A stretch of 63,272 nucleotides of DNA, the filler included, from Rhabdomonas costata (lineage: Eukaryota), in assembly GCA_019059605.1 (NCBI GenBank). It is 44 parts of 44 records of this genome, joined end to end, with 100 filler letters (N's around TTAATTAATTAA, not from the genome) between each part and the next. Parts side by side here need not be neighbours in the genome. Positions count along the whole stretch, not along the records: positions 1 to 1,341 come from JAHMHO010018844.1; positions 1,442 to 2,782 come from JAHMHO010018845.1; positions 2,883 to 4,223 come from JAHMHO010018846.1; positions 4,324 to 5,664 come from JAHMHO010018847.1; positions 5,765 to 7,104 come from JAHMHO010018848.1; positions 7,205 to 8,545 come from JAHMHO010018849.1; positions 8,646 to 9,986 come from JAHMHO010018850.1; positions 10,087 to 11,427 come from JAHMHO010018851.1; 36 more parts are not named here. One strand, 5' to 3'. Below, in pieces: positions 1 to 10,612 of the stretch. Every line of letters starts with the position of its first letter. Within the stretch, counting starts at the first letter, position 1. The notes beneath the pieces were generated by a model. That model was given only the letters and a program-made list of their open reading frames with translations, had not been told where the DNA came from and ran no database searches. The position numbers and the translations under genes are program-made.

Positions 1-765
1 ACCCTTAGCTGTTACCCCAAGCCATGTGCTGCCTGGAGGACAGCAAAGATCTCCGACTGGGGTCTGCCTTGCTCTGCACTTTATTGCTTCGCACTCTCCT
101 CAGACCACAACTCTGGCGGACCGCACAGCCGCAATCCCCGGTTGACGGATTTACCGAATTTCTTTTTTGAATGTGTGAAATCGGGATATAAGATGGGTGT
201 CGAGGTGTTCCCGATCAACCCCCTAACCCTAGGGTTTTTCTCGGTCAACCACAGTCCGAATGCAACACCTCGGCCAGCCAATGATGACGTAGCACTGTGC
301 ATTGGTTTGCGTTTATTCACAAAAAGCCTTTCGCACCGGTTCCTCCTGCCGTATCTATCGTGTGAAACAAGAATAAGCTTATGGGCTGACATCGATTTAT
401 TTTGCATTTTCAGCGTTTCAACGGGCTCCCACCCGGCTAACAGCATACTTCAAGGACAAGTCGTCCGGATTCTTTCTAACTAAATGGTGCTGTCCTGTGA
501 TTCCCGTTGATGAGGGCGACAGGGCAGGAGTCTGCTTCGAGGTTTTGTTCATGCTCAACGTTTTGAAGTGACCCGCGAAATGACCTGTCCTTCCCAAAAA
601 TAATGTGTATCAGTTGCTCTGCTCTGCTATTTCCACAGTTCTCCTGTGGTTGTCTTGTCCCTCCCAGCTTGCACACTATCCAAACCAAACCCACACACAA
701 ACTCCCTCGCGTCTCAATTTTGCTTCGCCTCACTCTGCGCTGTCACCTTCCTGTGTCATCGCCAA

Positions 766-1290
766 ATGACCTCTATGGGTGGTGGAGCGGGGCCCTTTGT
801 GGTGCTGTGGATGGTGACGGTGGCGGCGCTGCTGGCGATTCCGCAGCCTGTTCAGGGCTTGGTAGTCCGTGGTAGCATCACTCCTGTGCTCACACCTATG
901 ACGGAGACGTGGAGGCAGGAGTTCAGCGCAACATATCCTAAGGGAAAGCTCACCCTGCTCCCTGGCGGAGGCACCACGGCCTTCATCAACGTCACCGCGA
1001 ATCAGGTTGGCCCCGTGCACTGCCCCCTGCATCCGAGGCGCTGCATTCTCTGCATTCTTCTTCTTTTATGCATAAGGTTTTATATTATTGCGGGGCTGCA
1101 GCGGTTGGGGCCCCTTTTCTTGGCAGAGTGTCCTTCTGGTGCGCCTTTCCAGCGGGTCATTACTCAGGGTTCCGAGAAGATAAAGAGATGTTTTTTCTGC
1201 AGGTCGACTTCGCGATGCTGTCAGTTCTGCCCAATGTCACCGGCACGGATGTGCAGATGATTCCCGTCGCCATGACCCCACTGGTTATTC
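766..1290 (+). CDS. Secreted/membrane protein with PstS-like (periplasmic binding protein type 2) domain, 5' part; exons 766..1005 and 1203..~1290
   Basis: Hydrophobic N-terminal signal (FVVLWMVTVAALLAIPQPVQG). A GT-AG intron at 1006..1202 joins ...ETWRQEFSATYPKGKLTLLPGGGTTAFINVTANQ|VDFAMLSVLP...VQMIPVAMTPLVI in phase 0. This follows the PstS pattern W...Y/F..GSG.G...VDF...QIP...V. Confidence 0.6.
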
Positions 1291-1341
1291 GGGGAGAAGA
1301 GTGGAGGGTAGGCAAATTAGGCCTTTCTTGTCCCCAAACCC

Positions 1342-1441
1342 NNNNNNNNNNNNNNNNNNNNNNNNNNNNNNNNNNNNNNNNNNNNTTAATTAATTAANNN
1401 NNNNNNNNNNNNNNNNNNNNNNNNNNNNNNNNNNNNNNNNN
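1342..1441. other. Artificial contig spacer (first of 43): 44 N + TTAATTAATTAA + 44 N
   Basis: An identical 100-nt block recurs about every 1.44 kb up to 61834..61933. The 12-mer places stop codons in all six frames. Contigs are 1337-1352 bp. Confidence 0.99.
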
Positions 1442-2541
1442 GTGTGGGTGGTGCACCGCGACCTCAAGTGCGAGAATGTGCTGCTGTCGCTTTCAGGTGT
1501 GGAGTGATGCGCACTCCCTTCCCCTCCTGAACTGGTTGCCGCTGCGGAATTCGGATTTGATACTGATGCTACCTACCTTTGCCTTTGGTCATGACTTTTT
1601 AAATCGCTGATGTCTTCCTGTGAGCCAAGAGCTTGGGAAGGTGTGCGAGTGAGTCGGAATGTGGATCAAACCCCACCACCACCACCAACATCAACACCTA
1701 CAGGCGGCAAGCGTCAACACAGACGCCTTTGGCACCGACCCATCCACATGAAGCGGATGTGTCCACACGAAATTGCGCCCACTGGGCTCCCTTGTGTTTT
1801 CAGGTGTGCTGAAGCTGGTGGACTTCAGCTGCTCCAAGCAGCTCATGCCCTCCCGGCTGACGCACTCCCTGGAGCTGTGCCAGACCTCCGTCGGCTCACC
1901 GTACTGGTACGGGAAAACCAGAGGGGCGCACTGGGAGGGGAGATTTTGGTTTCCGTATTTGGGGGCGCGCTTGTCCTGACTTTTTCTTTTCAGTATCATA
2001 AAAAATTTCGCAGTAGCAAACGTTAATTGTGTCATAAATGAATGAAAAGGTGGTCCCAAACTCAGCCGAAAAAGATTACCGTGTTCAGGAAATGGGAAAT
2101 GGCCTGGCTTCCCCATGTGCAATATCACATCCCGATTCGACTGCGGCGTTGTTTCGCATTCTACTGGGAAGCTGTGCTCCCGTTCCTTGTGTGTTTGTAG
2201 TCGTTCAGCTCCGCCCCCTGTGAAATGCCGCCCGCTCCTTCCTCCTTCTGTAGCACCGCCTGCTTTTGTTTTCGCCGTTAGATGCGACGACAGTGTGATG
2301 GTGGAAAACCACCCTTTTTGAGAGGAGATCTGGCTTATTGCTGAGCACTGCGCCAATACCCGTTCAGCGGGACAGATGGGCTTCTTGGTTTCTTCATGTA
2401 AGAGAGGTTGGGGAGGGGATGGTTTTCCGCAGCGAGTGGTTTCAGGTTTATTCAGCGGAATGCTCCTTGCTCGTCGCAGGATGGCCCCAGAAGTTCTTCT
2501 GGGGGAGAAGTACGGCTTCAAGGCCGACATATGGAGCTTAG
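1442..2541 (+). CDS. Ser/Thr protein kinase (STE/MAP3K-like), subdomains VIb-IX; exons 1442..1496, 1804..1906, 2480..2541
   Basis: Spliced product VVHRDLKCENVLLSLSG-VLKLVDFSCSK...[27 protein letters not shown]. Introns 1497..1803 and 1907..2479 are GT-AG and phase-compatible. Confidence 0.93.
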
Positions 2542-4323
2542 GTGTGTATATCACCTCCAACCTCTGAAAAATCTCTCTGATCAGTTTTCATACCTCTTAC
2601 CGGGTTTTCTCTCCTTTTTTGGCCTTTGTTGAGGTTGTCTGTACTTGAAAGTTGATTTTCCAGGTGCAAGAGTTCCCGAAGTGCGTATCCAGAAGGGAAT
2701 CATAAAGCTCTTTCAAAAAATCGACGTGCACAAAAAAAAGCACAACCCACAGCCGTGGACAGGCTTAAGAAGTTCCAGAAGTNNNNNNNNNNNNNNNNNN
2801 NNNNNNNNNNNNNNNNNNNNNNNNNNTTAATTAATTAANNNNNNNNNNNNNNNNNNNNNNNNNNNNNNNNNNNNNNNNNNNNGTGGTTGGGGCCTTCGAA
2901 AAGAAGAAGTCGAAGGCAAATACCGGAGGGGTCAATCAAAAGGATTCACAGCGTACCACAGAGCACGTAGGCAAGCTAAAGCACAGCCAAAGATTAAAAG
3001 GGAACCGCTTTGACATTGAAATTCCCGCGCCGGTCCCACCATACCCCGGTGGGCCGGGATCCTTTACCCCAAGGGGCTCGGCATTCCATGCATCGGGCAC
3101 CTTGTGCCCGATTGGCTTGTTGCGGCCCCCTTTTTCTCCCTGCTTTGCATTTTGCTCCCTTGCCGTTCCCGTCAATGAAGATCGGCCTCATCCCAATGGC
3201 GCCGCTATGGAGAATTTTACCCCGATCCCTTGTTGTGGATTGGACCGAGCAGCGGTCCGCATCCCCCGGTCTTAGTTTCCGGGTTTCCGGGCGAAGCAGC
3301 CATCCCGGTAGCTGGTTACCAAGCCGGTTCGTGACAAAAATCAAATATGTCATTTGGCTACAAGACAAAAGCAACCAAATCACACTTATCCAAAACGGAA
3401 TAAGGCACCTTTAAGCCCAATCATCGCCTGAGCATCGGGGGAATGGCCCTTGACATGGCCAAGGTTGCGCACGGAATAAAGGAATTCATCACAGCTGCTG
3501 CCTCGCAAGGTATTCTTCGGCAGTGTGTGTGCCGAAACCCCCCGAAACAGCAACGACGAAAACCTGGAAGTGGGAGAAACGGGGGTGTTTCCTGTAACAG
3601 TAACAAGAGAAAGGTGTAAACAAGGAAAACAGCCACGGGGGGTCCCCGTGGTGCTCACCACATGACAGCTCAGAATGCCCCGCGGGTCGCAGGGTTGAAG
3701 GAAAACTCGCTTAAAAATCCTGCATAAAATCCTGCTCACCCCTTCCTACAGTTGATGCACTCTGCTTCCCACAAGTGGAAAGAACGCGGTTGTTTCCCTG
3801 CAGCGTATCATTTAATTCCGCCGCCGCCGCCGCCACCACCACCAAAACCCAGATCCCTCCAAGCGCAAGTCGGCTATGAAGCAGGGCAAGGTGGAGCAGA
3901 TAAGCTTGCGTTTGGGTTGGAAAATTCCATCGGTTGAACGGTTTTTTGGCATTTTTAAGAGAGACCTGGTCATCGACGAGCGGAGCAAGACTGACCACAA
4001 GACGATTGTGTCAGACTGGACTCGAGAATCCTCTCTCTATCTTGGTTGCTTGGTTGTGATATGCACTTTTCTGAGTCTGGGGGATTCGCTCTGTGCCATT
4101 TTAACAAAATATCTTCGTTATATATATGACGAAAAGGTGGTGATGTGCAATCCAACCAACGTGTGCACAACAATGTTTTTGATTTATTGCTGATGCATGG
4201 GGCATAAGCAATAAATCAAAAACNNNNNNNNNNNNNNNNNNNNNNNNNNNNNNNNNNNNNNNNNNNNTTAATTAATTAANNNNNNNNNNNNNNNNNNNNN
4301 NNNNNNNNNNNNNNNNNNNNNNN

Positions 4324-4661
4324 AGCTTGGCCTCGACAGGGCTGCCCACCAAGGTGGAGTCGGGATAGGAGAAGGTGGTGCTCGCCTTGAAGCTGTACGT
4401 CACAGCAAAAGTGGCCAGGGTATCAAACCCCTTGGGCGGGGTGAAGCTCGCGGAGCTCAGCACAGTGCTGGGGAGGTCCGGCTCCCACACCACGATGGGA
4501 ATGGTACACGTTTGGGAGTCAAAGGGGTAGCGGTGGAAGTTCATCGAGCAGGCGGTCATCCCGGTGACCTTGCGCTTCAGGTAAAACAGAGGCGAGGCCA
4601 GCTCGGCGGGATTGAACACCACTCTGAGGTATTCATTCAGGCCGGTGGCGGTCAGGTCGGC
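4324..4661 (-). CDS. Pentameric ligand-gated ion channel (Cys-loop receptor) extracellular-domain exon
   Basis: Acceptor tctttAG, then ADLTATGLNEYLRVVFNPAELASPLFYLKRKVTGMTA-CSMNFHRYPFDSQTC-TIPIVVW. This is C-x13-C with YPFD at 4506..4550. GC3-rich codons match other host exons. Confidence 0.82.
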
Positions 4662-6648
4662 CTAAAGACAGCAGCAGCAACGACAAAAGCCATGTCTGCA
4701 CATTTCCGTTGCGCGAGTGCAGAACAGCCATTATTTCTCTTTTTTTGAGGCCAGCACGAGCACCTAAGCAGGCCAAGACGAAAGCCCAGGCTCAGCGTGC
4801 AGGCCGAGAAAGGGCCAAAAAGGCCCGTTTGTGCAGAAAAGCCCCCAGTAGGCCCAAAATAACCCGAAAAACACCTCTAGCTAAGCCTAAAACGAAGCAT
4901 TCCGGCCCACTGTCGAGCCAAGGCGCAGCCGAAAGCTCAGGCTCAGTAGGTAGCCCTGCAAAGGCACAAAATGCCCCTAAAAAGCCCGGGGTCTCGGCAC
5001 AAGGAAAGGAGGGACGACGAGGTCAGGAAGCGGCCAACCAACTCATCTCAGGAGTGCTATCATACCGCCTGATGAGGTCCATGTTTGATCTCCGGGGTCC
5101 GGTCCAATTCAGGGGGGTCATCTGGGTGATGTCACCTAGCCTCAACGCGTGAGATTCAAGCCTACCGGACCTCGGACAAGAGAGCGCACCCCACAGTGAT
5201 TCCGCCAAAGCTCAAAGTAAACTTGAAGAACCATTCACGAGGGTCTGACCTCGAACCACACAAAGTGGAGCGAGGGACGCGCGAAACTGGTCTGTGCTGG
5301 CCAGTGAGTTTTGGTGTTCAACTATGTGCCTCTCCCGCAACCAAACACAGTGAGGTGGAAAGAAGAACCATTACCCCATAACGCCTTTCGGAACTTGCGC
5401 GATACCGCTTTATGCAATGAATAATTTTTTTCACGAAGCTCCAGGTGGCTCCATTCCCAAAGGGACGTTCTGAGCTGCGACACTTCCCGACATTTGGACA
5501 GCAGTGCTGGCCGTTCAGGATAGACAACAGGGGTTTGTGACGACCCTTAACAGCACTTAACTCAGCCCACTATGACTTATGACTCGCGGAAATCTAAAAG
5601 CAAATTACCGCCTGACCACTTCCGACCCTGGGCTCTGCAGGCGCGACATACATCCCAAACCACANNNNNNNNNNNNNNNNNNNNNNNNNNNNNNNNNNNN
5701 NNNNNNNNTTAATTAATTAANNNNNNNNNNNNNNNNNNNNNNNNNNNNNNNNNNNNNNNNNNNNAAATCGGAGCGCAACAACCACAAAAAGGGGAAGTGT
5801 GCACTAGGGAGCGTGTCGCTGTAGTTTTCCACAGCTTATTAAAAAACCCGTTGCACGAGATGAAATGCCAGGATTTGTGGCCACTTTGGATGAATGGATG
5901 GAATATATGCGCGGTACAGAGTTCACACTGATAACAGAAGTGCTCTATTTTTAGAAAATTCTCGGGCCTTTGCCCAGGTTAATTGTTGAAAAGACACGAC
6001 GCGAAAACGCAGAGATCCGCCGAGACACGGCGAGACACTACACCAGGTTTTGGGGGTTCCGGTAAAGAACTTGGTTTTCACATCGACGGGTTTTGCACAA
6101 TCTCCGTCGAAAGCGATGGCCTGATCGTCAATCATCCAGGCGGCGTCATAGATGTAGGGTGAAGGTGCGCACTTAATCGGCCCGGTTCCAAAGACAGGGT
6201 GGGTGGTGCGAATTCCCTGCTTGGGTTGCCAGAAGCGTTTTGGCAAAGGGGCTGTTAGTTTTATGGTTTCTTTTGGCCGGCTCGCCTTTTTATTTCTCCG
6301 CCTTGGACGGCGGGGATTTGAGCTCCCACGGGTCCGGAATATTGAAGACCACATCGGACGCCAAGCTGGCAAACCAAAAGAACCGTTGGTACCGACAACG
6401 TTGGTGAAAAGAAATGTTAATAAAATGGGCGTGGGATGGGGGCCGTGGGGAGGAAACCTTTCGCATTAAAAGAGAAAGCGGCGGACGCAGGTTACAATGC
6501 CTGGGCTTGCACCTTGTTACGAAGGCAGTTCCGACAACCCTTGTTGACCGAAGAAGAACATTTACGAGGGGCCTCCACCTCGGACCACACCGTCAAAAAA
6601 AAAGCTAATTTACCCAGCGCAGCCCCGACCACTCAACCCCTGTTGTAG

Positions 6649-6765
6649 CAGCATTCAGTGCTGCATACACGGCGTGGGAGAGAAGAAGCACCAGCTGGAA
6701 CTGGGGGCGAACAGTTTTTACATCTCTTTGATAAAGTACTGGTTCTTGGATTTCCTGTCCATGTG
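6649..6765 (+). CDS. Putative internal exon, membrane protein (possibly DUF898/YjgN-like repeat)
   Basis: AG/GT-bounded 117-nt phase 2-2 segment: SIQCCIHGVGEKKHQLELGANSFYISLIKYWFLDFLSM. Confidence 0.3.
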
Positions 6766-7679
6766 GTCGTGCCGGTGCTCTCGTAAAAAGTTTGGCGGTT
6801 CTATTCCATAATTCTGAGCTTCCTCATGGAATCCCCCAACCTCTCACGTTCAAGCGGGCTCGACCCAAGTGAGGCAGTCACGGCGTCACTTCAAATGCCG
6901 AGGTTGTGCTTCGTTTTTCGTTTCTACTCATCCTAAGCACAATAGTTTGCTCAAATAATAGATGCGCAATACAACTAATAATATAGCAGTAGGCTTACTA
7001 CAATAATGTACAATGCCAATAATGCTAATAGTTTTTGGTTGAGCAGACCAAAGTTCAAAGTCCAAAGTTTACTGTTAACAGGTCAAAGTTCGATACAAAA
7101 ACAANNNNNNNNNNNNNNNNNNNNNNNNNNNNNNNNNNNNNNNNNNNNTTAATTAATTAANNNNNNNNNNNNNNNNNNNNNNNNNNNNNNNNNNNNNNNN
7201 NNNNGTTTGATGTGCAACGAAAGAGAAGGCCAAACGATGACGCAGCTAGAAGTCCTGATATGATTATGGTAATTGCGTTTTTGAATGGATAGGGGTAGTT
7301 GAAATTCTCCGCGGTGTTGCCCGTTGGGCAATTTGGCCTGGGGGCGAGCCGTGTCCAAACTCATACACGTGGTTTTCGTCTATAAGGCGTATTGAACAAT
7401 CCGCCTCCCATGACCGCAAATGCACGTTCACGCAGTCACCGGCACAATGTCGATGTGGCCACAAAAGATGGAGTTATGGATAGCCACCCTTCAGTGGGAC
7501 GGCGGTGGGTTATTCGCCACACAGTCAGCTTGATAAAACTGGCTGTAATTTATCCAAGACCAGACAAAGACTGGAAATTGTACGTTATGTATCATCGGGT
7601 ATCCGAAATTTCTATTTTTAAAGCTAAGCGGGACATACACGACTCACTTTCACACCCACGCACTGCACTGCATTTGTAG

Positions 7680-7850
7680 TACTACTGTGGGGAGGATCTG
7701 TGGAACGAGCTAGTGCGGAACCAGGACTGGGCCACCATTGGGGAGATGTTTGTGCTCTTCGGGCGCATCTTTGAGCGCCACCAGGCCAACGCCCCGGAGG
7801 CCACCAACTTCGCCACTCACACCCTAACCATGCAATTCCTGTTGAAGCAG
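7680..7850 (+). CDS. Internal exon of unknown protein, GC donor
   Basis: Acceptor catttgtAG, then a 171-nt GC3-rich phase-0 exon YYCGEDLWNELVRNQDWATIGEMFVLFGRIFERHQANAPEATNFATHTLTMQFLLKQ, followed by CAG|GCGTGA with an in-frame stop immediately after. Confidence 0.6.
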
Positions 7851-9465
7851 GCGTGACAACGCCTCCCCCTCCCCTTCCCTGGCGAAATCCGAAACCTGGA
7901 ATATGAAATTCCAGGTTTCAGGGATTCCAGGTTTCAGCAGGCCCCTCTTGGTGTCCGTCGGGTGGACACCGGACGCTGCAAGGGCGGTTTTCTCACAGGG
8001 CTGGTTGGACTGGTTCTTGAATACTGGTTTGGCATTGTTTTTGGTGGAAAAAAGGTGAGGTTTGGTCCTGGTTTCGGTAGATTTGTCCTGGTTTTGGAGG
8101 TATCAGAGTTGTTCCCGAGTGTTGTTTTGATCTGGTAATAAGTGCATTGAGTGCATGGTTTGAGTGGAAGCGTGCTTTTGACCTGGTTTTGGATTTATAT
8201 GACTGGTTTCATCTGGATTTGTGTTCACGAAAGTGGTTTTGTCGAGATTTTAGAGGCAGAGAAGTGGTTTTGACGTGAGTTTGGATGCAGGAGATTGGTC
8301 TGGATTGGTTTTGGATGTGTGGGAGAGATTTGGGCACCGAAAACCGCGGTTCAACGTGATTTCGTATCGGGACCTCGTAGCGCTTGGGGCGCAGTGCCCT
8401 TACTTGTTCGAACTTGCTGTTTGGAGGTCGACGCTAGCTGAGCTAACGACTATGCCATCTATCTTTATTTAAGCGGTAAAATTGCTGATCCTCATTCTTG
8501 CCAGGACATCACGACCGGTCATCACCCAACAGACCCACCCACCCCNNNNNNNNNNNNNNNNNNNNNNNNNNNNNNNNNNNNNNNNNNNNTTAATTAATTA
8601 ANNNNNNNNNNNNNNNNNNNNNNNNNNNNNNNNNNNNNNNNNNNNCCTCTCCTGGGCATCCCGAAAGAGCTCTATGGGAAGCTCCGGGGAGGCAAGGCGC
8701 GGGCACTTCAGCGCACCTGGGCGCGCAGAAGTGGCAGATCTGACTCGAGCAAGTTAAAGAAACCCTTTGCAGCTATTGCGTCGGGTTTTGCTGATGGGAA
8801 TTATTTCTGGGTGTGGGATGTAAGATTTATTCATTAAAGGCGCTCCGAGGCACAAATGCACTCCTTACATGCACGCAGATAGGACCTTTGGCAAGTTTCT
8901 TCTTCACGACGAAACGAAAACTTCATGTGCGTGGGGTGCTAAAAGTGCTAAACCGGGGAGCATCGGCTATCAGAGGCTCCTGGGTGTGCCACTCCTACTG
9001 TAGCACTGCACTCCACAAACGCGACCCGGGCAGAAAAAAGACACCTTGGAGCAGCTGCAGGACAGCAGAACGTGGTGGTCCCGTCCGGGGGCGAAAAGGT
9101 GCAGCTACGGAGAGAAAAGGGTTCTGAAGCAGCCACGGGGGCCAGACAGCCAGCCGCCAACGAATGCTCGGTGCCGCAGGGCCTGTCAAAAAACGTTTCA
9201 AAGCCAACTGGACATGCATTGGCAACACCTTCAACATGCAGGAGTTTTATATTGAGAACATTTAGAAAATTCAAGCACCGTGTTCGAAAACGGTGAAAGA
9301 CAAGATGGAGCAGCCCACAAACGAGCAAACTCTTCGAGAGCATCGTGGGACCACATTAAAAAGAACGACAACCAACGTTTGCGACGCCATGTGCAGTTAT
9401 TTTTGACGCCTGCAGCTTACTATCTCTTACCATCTCTTTCGCCTCCCCTCCTCAAGCCGACATAC

Positions 9466-9629
9466 GTCGCCTTCTCAACCATCTTGAGCAGGAGTTTCAG
9501 AAGCTTCAGTTTGGCGGGGTTGGCCCCTGTAACCCGGGCCATCTCAACGCCCTTCGCGAACAGAATGAACGTTGGCAAGGCAGTGACGTGGCAGGCTTCG
9601 CCAACTTCAGGAAACTGTCCAATGTCCAC
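9466..9629 (-). CDS. Thioredoxin-domain protein, exon with C-terminal half of the Trx fold
   Basis: ttttccAG|VDIGQFPEVGEACHVTALPTFILFAKGVEMARVTGANPAKLKLL...|GTATGT. Shows the cis-Pro PTF motif and the G.E..RV.GAN..KL tail typical of thioredoxins. Confidence 0.85.
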
Positions 9630-10199
9630 CTGGAAAAGGACGAAACGTCGATGTCACACCAAGCCTGGCTCACCGCACAGGCTTTGCTTCACCCGTGTCA
9701 CACCACCATAGGCAACCCTGTCCTCTTTGACCTTTGCCACATCCTTCAGAGTGCCTCACGGCAACCTGGGGGGAGGGGAAATCTGGTCGACCCGAAAAAA
9801 GGGCATCACCCCCACATCAGCACTGCCCTTCTGAACCAGCGGCAGCAACAGAAATCCTTTCAAAAACCTGCCTGGCAACGGGCAAGCAAGTTCCTGTGTT
9901 CCTTTGGCTTCCTTCCTTCCTGGCGCCGCTTCTCCCAATTTCGAGCGTGACGCCCCCATGCAATGCCTCCCCACGCAACGTCCCCGNNNNNNNNNNNNNN
10001 NNNNNNNNNNNNNNNNNNNNNNNNNNNNNNTTAATTAATTAANNNNNNNNNNNNNNNNNNNNNNNNNNNNNNNNNNNNNNNNNNNNTTGAAGAACGCCTT
10101 GAATTTTGTATCCCGCGAAGCGGTTTGCAAGGCGGAGGAGGAGCTGCTCCCGAGCTACTTATCTGAGGTGGGCCCTGTCTTCTCCCTCCCCAGTCTGAT

Positions 10200-10612
10200 A
10201 TCATGAACTTTACCACAACCCACCATGGGCGTACCGCAAGGTGTCACGCCGAGCCCTCTACTATTTGACCTTGCTACACTGGGAGTCATCTGGGCGGTGG
10301 AACACTCCCACTCCCAGTGCTTCAGTCATGGTTTCACGACGATGTTGCGCTGTGCGGGACTCCCAAGCTTGTCGCCGCGGCATGCGAAGCACTCGTCCCG
10401 TCACGACGAGTTCCTCGTCCAGAGTGCACCTCCGAGTGAGCAGCTCTCAGCTCATTATAAATACGTTGGCTTTGCGCTTTGATCCACCAATCCTTCGAGA
10501 AGCTTCCCGGAAGCAGCCTCCCCCAGGCTCGGCCCTGCTCCACGTGCGGGGCAACGTCCGATTCGTCGAGTTCTTCGGAAAGGTGTACTACTGGGTGACG
10601 CAGGGATGGTAG
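10200..10612 (+). mobile_element. Degenerate non-LTR retrotransposon reverse transcriptase fragment
   Basis: GVPQGVTPSPLLFDL (RT motif 4), then after a frameshift WFHDDVAL (YxDD position), then HYKYVG (motif 7). Order and spacing are correct, but the frame is interrupted. Confidence 0.7.

Noticed and set aside
278-306. NDDVALC similar to the HDDVALC of the RT relic at ~10335
   Set aside because: No other RT motifs nearby; likely coincidence.
1386-1397. Regularly spaced TTAATTAATTAA repeats resembling a CRISPR-like or periodic array
   Set aside because: Always embedded in 44 N + 44 N; an artificial six-frame-stop linker.
7891-8330. Small hairpin gaaacctggaat/attccaggtttc and degenerate ctggtttt repeats
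   Set aside because: Low-complexity intronic repeat with no definable unit or function.
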